A DNA stretch of 46,057 nucleotides, the filler included, from Jimgerdemannia flammicorona (taxonomy: Eukaryota): NCBI GenBank assembly GCA_003990765.1. It is 2 parts of 2 records of this genome, joined end to end, with 100 filler letters (N's around TTAATTAATTAA, not from the genome) between each part and the next. Parts side by side here need not be neighbours in the genome. Positions count along the whole stretch, not along the records: positions 1 to 22,979 come from RBNJ01001174.1; positions 23,080 to 46,057 come from RBNJ01001175.1. One strand, 5' to 3'. Positions 13,000 to 25,076 of the stretch are shown in pieces. Under the pieces are notes generated by a model. It worked only from the letters and a program-made list of their open reading frames with translations. It searched no databases and had not been told where the DNA came from. Each line of letters opens with the position of its first letter. The stretch's first letter is position 1. Both the position numbers and the translations under genes were made by a program.

Positions 13000-14225
13000 C
13001 CTAGCATATACCTTGGAATGCTCATTGGTCACCATATTACTAATATCTATTCTTCAAAAATGATGTTGTGAGTATTGCCAGAAGTTTGTATAACCCAAAT
13101 ATTACTAGAGAAAGGTGCTCTTTCAGCTTTATAGAAGTTACTGTAAACTTGTACTCTCTTAGATATATTACAACAACAAGCTTGATATTCTCATCTTTAG
13201 TACTCCCAAATGAATCGAATCAATTCGAATCAAATCGAATTGAGGGTCATTCGAATCAAATCGAATTGGGGATTTTTCAATTCGAATTGAGTTTGAATCG
13301 AATTAAGGGTCCAATTCAAACCCTATTTTTAGAAATGTAATAACTCGACAAATACACATCCAAATTCAATAATCTTTAGCTTGTTAGATTTCCCTATATA
13401 ATAGGAATCTAACAAGCTAAAGAACATTGAATTTGGATGTGTATTCGTCAAGTTATTTAATTTATAAAAATAGAGTTTGAATCAGACCTCAAATTGAATT
13501 GGACCTCAATTCGAATTGGGCCTCAATTCGATTTGAAGTTTTCGAATCAAATCGAATTTGGGTCCAATTCGATTCAATTCGATTCTTTGGGAGCAATACT
13601 CATCTTTCAAAAGGCTCTTAACTTTGAAATGTTTCCTCTGCTTAAAGATAGGTACAAGTCTGTTATTAATGAATTTTTTTATATATACTCAAAGAACAGT
13701 ACTATAATATAAACCTTGGTCTAATATTTGAGTAACAAACTTGCTGACCTCTAATGCACTATGCCCACTTTACTGAAAAGTCATATAGCTTCTAAGATAG
13801 ATGAGGCAGTTAATTGTTCTTGAAGAGAGATTCTTGTAATCCTTCAGATACTGTTCAAGGGCAGCAATATGCTTGGTCCAGTTCAACTTTCTTATAAGAT
13901 TCTGAACATTCTCAAATTTCTCTGCAAATTCTTCATCATAGATGGCAGTAGTACTGAGTTAGGCTTGAAGAATGTCATGATTTGTAGCATCAACTATATC
14001 TCCTTCAACAAGCTTTGTGCCTTCACCCTCTTATATCTTCTCTGTCTCTCCAAATTACCTATATATACTACTATATATAGATTCCCCTCACCCTCCTTCC
14101 AGTTGATATTCAATCTAGCTTTCATTATGGTTTCAAACATATTCTGAGGCTTTTCTTTCTCTTCATCCATCAGTTTACATTTGCAATTGTCCTCTCATTT
14201 ACAGACCACCTGAAGTTCCTTGTTA
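13000..14225 (-). pseudogene. N-terminal remnant of a fungal DDE transposase (possibly Sola1-like), interrupted by a MITE
   Basis: Read across the MITE: SALEVSKFVTQILDQGLYYSTVL*..LVPIFKQRKHFKVKSLLKDENIKLVVVIYLREYK, resembling the RGKHxKxxSLLxDED motif of fungal transposases; catalytic part absent. Confidence 0.5.
13198..13598. mobile_element. hAT-type MITE, same family as 10785, opposite orientation (401 bp)
   Basis: TIRs TAGTACTCCCAAA / TTTGGGAGCAATA; perfect 8-bp TSD CTCATCTT at 13190-13197 and 13599-13606. Confidence 0.93.
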
Positions 14226-16836
14226 AATATTGAGGTATCTTGAAGTTCCTCTTTGAACTCGATCATCAGCTCAGATGTTGCGTCACGTCGGATCAAAATG
14301 ATGACGACATTTGTATTTCGGGACTGCAGCCCCCACATAATAACGAATCCTTCAGTTGGAAGTTTTGCGAATATAATGTCGAGGCAATTGAAAGTCACAA
14401 ATACATAATACATTCATTCAACTGTTTGTGCCACAAAATATCGAAACACTCCGTACGGTACAAACCAACCTTAAAACCTAAAGCTCACTGACATTCGCTT
14501 ATATGGCATCCACACCAAGTTCCACGACCAACACTTGCCACATGCTTGCTTATTTCGCTAAACTGTAAGCTGCAATTTAACTCGTGAAAAACGTAGCCCA
14601 AATTCCATGAACCGATTGGGAGGCAGATGAGGAGGGGGATATGACTTGTATAATCGTCAGCTGAAAGTCTGAATGGGAACGTAACGTAGCCAGGTTTACA
14701 ACTAGCCTCTGTGCGACAAGGTCCCTGGGTTCCAAAGTTCTGTGAAACCGAAAAAGCCTCTAGCTACGTGGTTTTGTTCGAACACATGGTAATATAACAA
14801 CTCCACTTGAGCAGTATTCGTAGTCAAGTTGACGTAGACCAGCGAAGATTTTTGGGTCCGTGCCAAGGGCCATTCATTTGCATGACAATTTTAGTGAGAA
14901 GCAATTATAAGACTGCTAGACATCTAATAGTAATATAGCTATGATATTTAAAACTTATTGGCATAGTTATTTTTTGTAGATCGTAGATCATGCATATGGT
15001 GACTGATAGAATAAACATTTGGAACATACAGCATAGAGATGAACGAAGTATATAAGCCGAAATTCGAGAAGAAAGCGACTATAAGCGTTTTATGGATATT
15101 TAAATAATTGGATATAGCTTGAAAAAAAAAAAAAAAAAAAAAGAGAGAGTAAGGGGGGAGGGAGGGAAGAGAGGGGGGGTAAAGAGGAGAGAGAAGGGAA
15201 GAGCAAATAACAGACTATTCAACAGAAGCAAGCAGATCATGAACGATGGAAATTGGATAAGCACAATGATGGACCATGAAGTTGCCAAGAACCCAAACAG
15301 CAGACACCCAATCAGAATGATGGGAGCAGCATAATGCAAGATGATGAGCCTCACCATAAACACATTCAAGAAGAGTGCGATGAGGATGGTTGGACAAGAA
15401 GTCAGGGAACTGTTGGGAATATGGAAAATGAGAATAAACAATAGTTCGAAAGGGAGAAAGAGAAATGGAAAGGTCCAAAAAGGGAATACTAGTCATACTG
15501 CACACCCAAGTAATAGAGTGGTGGAGAGGGTAGATGCCCAGAAACATACTAGGAATATCAATATCAGCAACAGCAAAGACAATAAAGTCATCGATATATC
15601 AGCAAAAGAAGATATCTCCAGCCCGGAACATGATGGAAAGAGGTGAAGAAAGATCACATATTACATGAAGTTCATGGGTCAGGCCAATGAGATTGGTAAG
15701 GGTGGGGGCACAATTCGTACCCATGGCAATATCAGAAGTCTGGTGAAAGGAGCCAAGGGCTGACTCAAAATAATTAGAGCCCCAGACAAGGAGTGTAAGC
15801 TCAACAATGGAAGCCAATAAGACTGGAGAATCCAAAGGAAAGATAATAGAATCCAAGAAATGAAGGCAATCATCAATCTCATCAAAACGAATAGCAGTAT
15901 AGAAGGAGAAAAAATCACCAGAGGCCAAATGGGAAAAATGGTGAACAGGCACAATAGTGGAGCAGAGAAGGGCAAGCTCCTGAGTATCACAAAGAATGGT
16001 ATACTCAGGCCCAAGATGGTGTTGTAAGAGAGCCATCCAGAAGAGGAAGAAGTGGGATAACCACTTCAAAATCTCAGTGGTGGGGGAACTAAAAGCAGCT
16101 ATAATGGGACACCAAGCCAAAGTAGGCTTATGCACCTTAGGAAGGGCATAGAAAACCAGAAGACAAATGTCAGAGGAGGATAAGGAGTTCTGGAAGAAGT
16201 TAAAAATGGGGTTTGCAAACAGAGAATCTGAAAGCGATCTGGCATGAGTCAGAGAAACCTGAAGAAGAGTAAGAATCTCATCCAATCCAAGAGCACTAGG
16301 CTCATAAGCCCGGCTCGAAGGAGGGCAGAAAGGCCATCAAGGTAGGGCAACTTAGGAATAAGTGCATAGCCTTGATTCTTATCAGTAACTGTGAGCAAAT
16401 GCATAGGCAATTGCTTGACCGATTTAAGCATGGTATATATGGCATAGTCCAAAACTAAGTAAGAGTGAGTGCATCCAGGAACAGACAGTGAGCAAGCCAT
16501 ATCAAGAAATATGCAGTGTGAAGAGATATTGGGAGGGGAGACCCAATCGCTGGGAACAAAATAGCGAGAGGGCATCTTACCATGATCTTTAAAGAAGATA
16601 GCAAGGTCAAGAGCATGATGAAAACGTGTGAGATGAGCTGGATCAGTGAAGGAGAATTGTGAGGGAGTAACAGGAAAAATGAAGCGAGGACCCAAGGATA
16701 AGGCAAAGACTTGAAGGGGAGAAAGGGAGCAGTCAGCTGAAGAGAAAGAAGGAGACAAAAGTGTTCTAAGAGAAGAATAAACCTGAAAGTTCGGGACAAG
16801 CAACTGGAAAAGACAAAGGGGGGACAGCATGAGGAA

Positions 16837-18183
16837 CTACTCAGGGCATACCAGAAGCGATGATGGAATCCGAGAAGGGACAGGGACACCAGGGGAGAAT
16901 GGAAGTTTAAGAGCAGGAGGCCTTCCCCTTCCCTCTGACTTTTTTTGAAGATGGCGAACCCGACGAATGGGAGCACACCCCATCAGAGTGCCAGACCTTG
17001 TGGCCACAGGCTTTCGTGCAGCCCTTATATTCAGGGGCATGGGTAGAGGAGGCAGAGGAGGAACCAGCAGAAGAAGCCGAGGTGAGCAAGCAGCCAAAGG
17101 AGCAGCAGCACAAGAAACACCACCATGAGGACAGATGGACTTAGCCGGGTGCCAGTAGGCATGGTGGAGGTGACCAGAGCAGACAGCACAAGGCCAGGCC
17201 CTGACAGGGTGAGAACCAAGTTGGTGGCCACACTTGGGGGCAGGAGGAATGGAGGAGAAAGTCTTGGCAGGGGAGGGGGACTGAGAAGAGACCGACAAAG
17301 CTTGGTTGGGCTTGGCAGGGGTCTTGGCGGGGGTCTTGGAGGGGGCCTTGGCAGCAGCGGTGGTGAAGGAATAGACCTCAGCATAGGCAGCAGCATGAGC
17401 TTTGGCACAAATAGCCTCAGAGACTGAAACCTCGGGGGAGGCAGGTAGGGGAGCAGTAGTGGTGGTGCGAGCAGAAGTGGCAGCATGTGACGACTCTTGC
17501 TCGTGAAGGTGAGCAACGAAGGAAGTACCAGCAAGGAGGAAGTGATGTACAGCATCAATGTTGGTGGTGACAGAAGAAACTTCATGGATGGCAAAGCCAC
17601 AGAAAGGGGCAGCATCTGAAAGGCGAGAGGAGGTGAAGGCCATGAAGGTGGCACAGGTATGGTGGAAGGAGGCAGAAGTGTTGGCAGCGGAAGTAGCAGC
17701 AGTATTAGTGGTGGCAAGCTTAGTGGTGGCAGTGGCAGCACAAACCTCTTCAGAGAGAGCTTGGTGGTGGGCCTCGGGGAGAATAGAGTAGCAGATGGCG
17801 GACAGAGCAATGACATCGATGTCATGGCAGAGATGTGTCTCCTTGGCAGAGAGGGCAAGAACCAACCAGAACTGAGAAAGGAGCAGATGACCAGAGAGAC
17901 GAAGGTCTAGGGGGAGAGAAAGAATGACAGATGAGACATAGGTCTTAAACGAGACAGTGGTAGAGGTAAAGGCATGGAGAGGAGGAGGAGGAAGAACCTT
18001 GTCCATGAGCTCATCGACGAGGATGGAGGCCCCAAGGGCAGGCAGTATAGCAGAAGAGGAAGAAGGCCCAGTGGGAGCCAAGGGAGCAAACCCAGAGCCA
18101 GTGTTAAAGTGAATGGAAGATATGTAAAAAAGCATATATAAGGGGGACAAAACAAAGAATGTAACTGAAATTGCATTAGTCAT
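16837..18183 (-). CDS. PLE ORF1 or N-terminal extension (Ala/Pro/Ser-rich, 448 aa)
   Basis: Open frame starting inside the pLTR about 30 nt after a TATA-like box; in frame with the RT ORF across a single TAG. Confidence 0.55.
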   Translation of the reverse strand: MTNAISVTFFVLSPLYMLFYISSIHFNTGSGFAPLAPTGPSSSSAILPALGASILVDELMDKVLPPPPLHAFTSTTVSFKTYVSSVILSLPLDLRLSGHLLLSQFWLVLALSAKETHLCHDIDVIALSAICYSILPEAHHQALSEEVCAATATTKLATTNTAATSAANTSASFHHTCATFMAFTSSRLSDAAPFCGFAIHEVSSVTTNIDAVHHFLLAGTSFVAHLHEQESSHAATSARTTTTAPLPASPEVSVSEAICAKAHAAAYAEVYSFTTAAAKAPSKTPAKTPAKPNQALSVSSQSPSPAKTFSSIPPAPKCGHQLGSHPVRAWPCAVCSGHLHHAYWHPAKSICPHGGVSCAAAPLAACSPRLLLLVPPLPPLPMPLNIRAARKPVATRSGTLMGCAPIRRVRHLQKKSEGRGRPPALKLPFSPGVPVPSRIPSSLLVCPE

Positions 18184-18882
18184 TTATTGCTATGTAAAAA
18201 TGTGGTCCTTATATACAAAATACAACATCCTAAAAGGGAGGACGTGCCACAACTTGGGGTGAACCAAATTAGGAACCACATAACTACCAGAGATAAGCAG
18301 AGATAAAGGGGGAGCCAATCCCAGTTGCAGGATAAAAACTACAAACAAACACAAACAAAACAAATCCAAATCAGGATTAAAAAACATCTGCAGACCCCAG
18401 AGGGGTGAGCGTGAGTAAGGGGTGAGACCAAAATGGAGCGAGCTGCAGCGAGTCCAAGCAAAGCGAGAGGCTGAAGACAGTGGAGGGGAGCAGAGTAAGG
18501 CCAAGACCCTGGAGTGAGCATGAGACCTCAGAGGGGGCAAGAATGTTTTTTAATCCCGATTTGGATTTGTTTTGTTTGTGTTTGTTTGTGGTTTTTATCC
18601 TACAACTGGGATTGGCTCCCCCTTTATCTCCGCTTATCTCTGGTGGTCATATGGTTCCTAATTCGGTTTTCCCCAAGTTGTGGTGTGTTCTCCCTTTTGG
18701 GATATCATATTTTATATATAAGGACTGTGGTTTTACATGGCAATAAATGGCTGATGCAATTTTGGTTACATTCTTTATTCATTCCCCTTATACATGTTTT
18801 TCCACATGTCTTCCATTCACTTTGACACTGGCTCTGAGTTTGCTCCCTTGGCTCCCACTGGGCCTTCTTTCTCTTCTGTTAT
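18047..18882. repeat. Long inverted repeat of pLTR (arms ~18047-18387 and ~18543-18882)
   Basis: Right arm is the reverse complement of the left arm, e.g. gaaggcccagtgggagccaagggagcaaa / tttgctcccttggctcccactgggccttc. Confidence 0.92.
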
Positions 18883-19745
18883 CCTGAATATGATGCTACC
18901 TAGGAACCACTTATCAACCTCAAGAACTCTCAAGATCTAGTTCAAGACTTCAAGGCAAAACACATTACCTAATCTCTATAGTAACTTCCTTGGATTGTTG
19001 ATGACCTACAGCAATGACCAGTGCCTTATGCATCGGAAGTTTACTTTGAGACCCTGGGACTAGCAGAACATTTAATGAATAAGAAGTCTATCGAAATGAA
19101 GCTACTAGCTAGGTCCGAACCCCTTCCAGTTGGTTAGTCTAGTAATAGGCCCTCTACCCTATACAAGGATAACCAATCCCTGCCAATGCACTGATTCAAG
19201 TTTGAGAAATTTTGGTTAAGTATATCTAGTCTTGTATTATCTAAGAACTCAACAAGGATGTTGGTTCTTAAGAAGGGAGGAATGTAACAATTTCACAGTC
19301 ATATTTAGTCTTAGTACATTTTTGCATCTTTTAGTTAGTCTTTTCTTATCTTTTCTTGAACATTCTACTATGTTCTGTCACCTTCTACTTGCTTAGAAAC
19401 CTTCTCTTGGTGTCCAGACATCACTAGAACATTCTTGTCTTCCTTGGCACTAAGTACCTTATCTTAGCTAGTCATGAAACCTTTCAGAACATTGTAGAAT
19501 AGTATTAGTCAGCTTTGCCAAGAATCTATTTCTTGGCATTTCTCTTTCTTTTCAAGATCTTTCAAGATCTTTCTTTCAGATCATATATAAATATCCTTGT
19601 TCTCTGCCTGAATAAAGCTCAGAATATTTTTTCCCAGAAATTCTTCAAGAACACTTAAATCTTTAAGTATCTCTTCAAGCTACTTTAGATCAACCAGAAC
19701 TTCCAGATTTAGCTGCTTCCTCTTAAAGAAACTAGAACTGTTACA
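18878..19745 (+). mobile_element. 3' fragment of a second Gypsy-A copy (chromodomain end, UTR, PPT, LTR 19283-19745)
   Basis: Matches ~5237-6104; LTR has intact TGTAACA...TGTTACA ends. Confidence 0.94.
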
Positions 19746-22700
19746 GATCAGCCTGGCCTACAAAGGAGTAAACATCAAGACCAAATAGACTCCCAAGTAT
19801 ACTCAGACTATGGATCATCTTAAGAGACTCCTTACTGAGGCCCTAGTGCTAATTATACCTGACCCTATCAGGCCATTCACTCTGACCACAGATATCTCTG
19901 ATATTGCCATTAGGGTAGTGCTCAGCCAAGAAGACCACCCAGTAGCCTACCTTTCCCAAAAGCTCAAGCCAGCTGAGACCCAGTATATCACCCATGAGAA
20001 GGAACTCTTGGCTATTGTCACTGTACTCTAGGAATGGCACCATTTCCTCCTAGGACAGCCATTTGTGGCCTACACTGATCACTATGCATTGCGGTATATT
20101 TACATACAGCCCATGCTGACCCACAGACAAGTCTGCTGGATGGAAATCATTGCCAACTTTGATATGGAAATCAAGTATATCTCAGGCAAAACCAACCGTT
20201 TGGCTGATGGTTTCTCCAGATACATGGAAGATGAACTTGTCTTCATGGTTGAAGTAATTAGAGACCTCACCCAGATGATCAAGGAAGGCTACTAGCAAGA
20301 CAGCCCCCTGATGAAATTTCTTCAATTCTGCCAAGACCCAGAGGCCGAGGTTCCAGAACCCATGAGGCAAATGGCCAAGAGATTCACCTACCATGATGGA
20401 CTTATCTACAGGGACCATACCAGAGTGGTTGTACCCAACAATGATACTCTGCGACTCAAGATTATGCAGGAACTCCATGATACTCCTGCAGTAGGACACT
20501 TTGGTTTCGAAAAGACCTACAACCTCCTTTCAAGAGAGTTCTACTGGCCAAAGATGACCAAGGATATCAAAGACTTTGTGGCCTCATGCGAGATGTGCCA
20601 AAGATTTAAAAGTGGTAACAAGCTACCAGCAGGACTCCTGCAACCCTTGCCTATCCCAAGTCACAATTAGGACCAGATTGCGATGGACTTCATTGTCCAA
20701 CTCCCCAAAACCAAGGCAGGATGGGATGCCATTGTGGTATTCATGGACCGCCTAAGTAAACAAGCCCATTTTGCACCCACCAAGACCACCACTACAGCAC
20801 CAGAGATTGCCAAGATTTTTCTCAATCAAGTATTCAGCTATATGGTATGCCTAGCACTATTATGTCTGACCAAGATGCCAAGTTCACGAGCAACTTCTGG
20901 AAGGCATTCTTCTCCCTCCATGGAACCAAGCTGAAGTTCTCTACTGCCTACCACCCTCAGACTGACTGTCAAACTGAGCGAACCAACAGGACTCTCAAAT
21001 AGATGCTTAGTATCTTCTGCTGTTACAAATAAAATGATTGGGACAAGTACCTAGTCCATGCCAAGTTTGCCTACAACAACAGTCAGCAAACCTCCATGAA
21101 GAAGACTCCATTCTTCCTGAACCATGGTCAACACCCAAGAACCCCAAGTACTACTGCGAAATCAGTAGTCCCAGCAGCCCAAGATCTGGCTGAGACCATT
21201 TCTGACCTTACCCAAATGACAAGAGATGCTCTCATAGAAGCACAAGACTACCAGACCAAGTATGCGAACTTGAAGTAAAGAGAAGCCTCCTACAATATTG
21301 GTGACATGGTCATGCTTAGAACAGACCATCTCCACCCAGACACCCTAGTGTAACAACCAGCCAAGAAACTCTATACTAGAAGAATTGGACCATACAAGAT
21401 TGTGGAAAAAATCAGCGAAGTCAACTACAAGTTGCAACTCCCCAACAATATCTGAGTACACCCAGTATTCCATATCAGCCAATTGGTGGATTACTATGAG
21501 AACCCATTCCCCAAGCATATAGTTTCACCACTACCCCCAATTAGGATCAATGATTATGAGGAATTCAAAATTGAGGAAGTACTTGACCACAAGGTCCGCA
21601 AATATCCCAAAACAGTCAAGCAGTTTTTCCTGATCAAGTGGAAGGGTTGCCCTACCCATAATGCCACCTGGGAAAAAGAAGAAGCCCTGAAGAATGCACG
21701 CGAAGCCCTCTAGGACTACATGGAAACACTCACTCCCCAGCAAAGGAAAGAACTACAGCTCTAAGTATTGGAGCACATAGTGAGCAAAAGGACACCACAT
21801 ATTTTTACCCAGAAATATATAATACTGAACATTGCAGGAAAAAAAAACACTATAGATAACCAACTAGGAGATATCTGAGTAAAGGACAATCTAGCACAGT
21901 ACAGCAAAACACATTTGAATAACTCCATTTCACACCATCTGTATCATCTCTGCTGGATGATGATGGATGCTTCATATGAAACTTAGGAAAGCCGATGATG
22001 TCGAAACCAGTCTAAGTCTATCCACGTGACAGATATTGTTACTAGGAATTGCCTCAGATTACAAGAAAAGTCTATTTCTGAGAGGTTCGAACCTCCAGCC
22101 ATGACAATGGGAGCCCTCGCCCTAGACAAGGATGGCCAGTTCTCACAAATGCACCAACCAGACAAAAAAAAAGAGGACCAAGACCTGTTAACCCTGTGTA
22201 ACCATAACTACAAGTGATGATATCTTTGAAATCAGAATTTTCTCATGTGACCAGCACATGCCCCGCTTATAGCAACAGGTCACACATTTTTCCAGAAAGC
22301 ATGACCAAAGGAAGGTCACACCAGAGAGATGAATAAGTATAAATACCTAAGGCAAGAATACCCTGCAACTCTCATCCCCCTCTTCCTACAAAAAAAAGAC
22401 AAGACAAGAATGCCCACTACCCGCAGCCAAGCTACCCACTGCCAAACTGCCTGCCATAGCTGACCCCTCCCAAGCCAGGTTGACTGCCTCTTTGGACACA
22501 TCCAAGTTGCTATCCAAGGAAGGAACCGCTGCTCAGAGGCCCTTAACCTCTCCAGCCAGGACCTAGGACAGTATATCCTTGACCGCTGTAAACTTATCGA
22601 AAGGGCCTACCTTGCTACCAGCTGCTTAGAAATCTGGCATAAATATGAAATTGGCCATCAACTCCTCTAATGAGCAAAGAACCTACCCATGGACCAAGTC

Positions 22701-22970
22701 TCTGATTGGACCCACCTGGACAGGAACAAGCAAAGACTTGCCAAGAAGGTCCATCAAATCATATGCCATGCACCCTTTGCAATCCCCAACCTCAACTATG
22801 TTCAACTGAAGGACTTCCAGAACCTCTCCTTTTTTGAGGTTGATGAACTAGAGACTAAGGTAGCCCAAGAAGCCAACTCCTAAATCACCCTCAAGTCCAC
22901 TGACTGCGAACCCTACTGGAGCCCTCTCCTAAATGACAACCCTGACCAATGGCTCCAAGGCCTCTCTTTT
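19746..22970 (+). mobile_element. Gypsy chromovirus fragment of a different family (Gypsy-B): RNase H, integrase, chromodomain, 3' extra ORF
   Basis: TTDISDIAI, EKELLAIV, YTDH, ELHDTPAVGHFG..CEMCQ, MDFIVQLP, IGPYKI, FLIKWKG..ATWE; pol ends ~21763. Confidence 0.92.
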
Positions 22971-22979
22971 TTTTTTTTT

Positions 22980-23079
22980 NNNNNNNNNNNNNNNNNNNNN
23001 NNNNNNNNNNNNNNNNNNNNNNNTTAATTAATTAANNNNNNNNNNNNNNNNNNNNNNNNNNNNNNNNNNNNNNNNNNNN
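22980..23079. other. Assembly gap or contig-joining linker
   Basis: N-runs around TTAATTAATTAA (23024-23035), a six-frame stop linker; both flanks end in homopolymers. Confidence 0.95.
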
Positions 23080-23137
<58 letters not shown>

Positions 23138-23177
23138 AACATGACATGCAAAAATACGAAGAATGCGGGATGCGCAC

Positions 23178-24668
23178 CATTCTCGTCCTCCTCATCGCTC
23201 TCCTGGTCCTCATCATCCTCATCGTCCTCATCATCCTCGTCATCCTCGTCGTCCTCGTCGTCCTCCAACTCGCCAAACGCGTTCTCGATCTCCGCTTCCA
23301 TCTCCTGGTCACTCTCGGCGGCGCTCTCAACCGCGTCGTCCGCGTCGTCCACGTCCACCTCCATGTTCTGCGACGCGTCACCGGCGGGAAAGAGGTCGTC
23401 CTCCGAATCGTCCGCGTCGTCTGCGTCGTTCACGACTAGATATATGAAGGGGATGTAAAGAGTTGCATCGATAAGAATGATCAAGGTTTCGGGATGCCTG
23501 AATTGGGACGCAATGTGAAAAGGGAAAACAAAATTCTTACAGTATTCGACGTGCTCCGCTTGCGAGTCGTCCTGCAGTAACCGTTCTACTTCCTTCTCGA
23601 CCACTTCAATTGCCTGCGTATATTAAAATCACAAACTAACAGTCAGGTCAGAAAACCTCGGAACAAAGACGCAGACTCATCAGCCCACAAAGCGAACCAA
23701 ATCGTCACAAAGAAATCCCTGCCATGTTTTGCTCCCTGGTCAGTGACCTAACAACAGACAAACAACCACAATACACGCGCACAATGCCGATGCCACTCAC
23801 CCTCTTCGACAACCTCTTCCGGAACCTACGCTTCCGCACGTGCTTCAGCGGTGGGGTAAGGCCGTCCGGCCACAGGTAGTAGTCGGGATTGTTCATGCGC
23901 GCGTTTCCGTGGCCGTTGCTGTTCGACGGCCCGTCGTCGCGTGCGGGGCCTTCGACTACAAGCATCTACGCGAATTGAGAGAGGTGATTTTCCCGTATCA
24001 AACACCCCCTTTCCCCTTGACGTGATGTGAATGGAAGAGGGGCCAGCTTCCGAGGATATACCTGCGATATGTCGGCGACCTTGTAAAGTTGCTTGTGATC
24101 CAGCGTCTTCTGCGCCTCGATGATGGCCGGCAGGTCCACGAGCTTGGTATCATAGCGTTGGCCTCCAAAGGTGAAGTAACCGCGCCTATTGTCTGGGTGA
24201 TCCGTTCGTGGGCGACAGCAAACAGGCAAGAATAGTCAGCAAAATGATTCTCAATATGAATAGGAGACAAGAACAACGCGTTTATGCCGGGATCATTACG
24301 TGCATTTAAAACCAACACCAACCTCGAAAAGTGATTCCCACTTCCTCTGGCACCTCCCTCTTCCTCACCATGTCCCTCAACTGGTCGCACAGTCCCCCAG
24401 GAGGCAGGCGCAGGATGAATTGGTCCTCGAGGGCGACCTCCGGTTCGTCATCGTCAGACCCGCTCTCGGCTGCACCGCTGTGTCCCTTCGGCTTGCGCTC
24501 CTTCTTGAGCGGCTTGGCCTCAGCTGGCGCCGTGGGGGCCACATCGGTGGTGAGCGACAACTTGAGCTTGACGCCCTGCTTGGCGGGTTTGGAGGACCCG
24601 GCAACATTGGAGGAGCCGGTCGCGGAGGGAGTCTGTTTCGGTTTCTTCTTTTCCTTTGCGGCAACCAT
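23178..24668 (-). CDS. TAF7: TFIID subunit 7 (TAFII55 N-terminal domain), 3'-incomplete; exons 24668-24323, 24192-24062, 23965-23801, 23613-23541, 23435-23178
   Basis: LEDQFILRLPP, KLVDLPAIIEAQKTLD..YKVADISQML, WPDGLTPPLKHVRKRRFRKR, VEKEVERLLQDD, acidic tract; GT-AG introns. Confidence 0.93.
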
Positions 24669-25076
24669 GTTGGGTTGGGAATGGAGGAAGTGCCAATTCT
24701 TATTCTTTGGTGTCAACAAAAAAGGTGACGTCACCTTTCCACGCTAAATTGAAGCCGGAAACGACAGGAATGCCGCGCAAGAATAACATAGGAGCCTACA
24801 AACGAACGGGACGAGACGGCAAAAGCAAGCGATTGAGTCTGAATGCAAAATCTCTACAATGTATATTTAAATTGTCATTAGGCAAAAATACGTAACCGAT
24901 CTTGCATGAAGCGGCGGTACATCTTAAGCAAAGAGCCGCGTGGGCACGGAAATAAAAGATTTTTTTTTTTAAAAAGAAAAATGTCGATGAGCCCCTCGCC
25001 TATATAGTAATGCAGCACTGATCGTCACAGTGTTCGCCCTCCTTTTTTTCTCCATGTTTTCCGCCACTTTTTAGGC

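Larger units (their letters stand above)
15143..18882 (-). mobile_element. Penelope-like retroelement copy 1 (3'-truncated, with 5' pLTR and inverted partial pLTR)
   Basis: RT motifs ALSLGPRF, DKNQG, FYALPKVHKP, IAMGTNCAP, PFLDL, SNHP; Ala/Pro-rich ORF 16837-18183; homologous to 43635-46057. Confidence 0.88.

Noticed and set aside
15143..18882. DIRS/Ngaro assignment suggested by the inverted repeats
   Set aside because: RT has PLE-type GIAMG/YIDD motifs; no RNase H or tyrosine recombinase
23024..23035. TTAATTAATTAA palindrome
   Set aside because: Artificial six-frame stop linker inside the N gap
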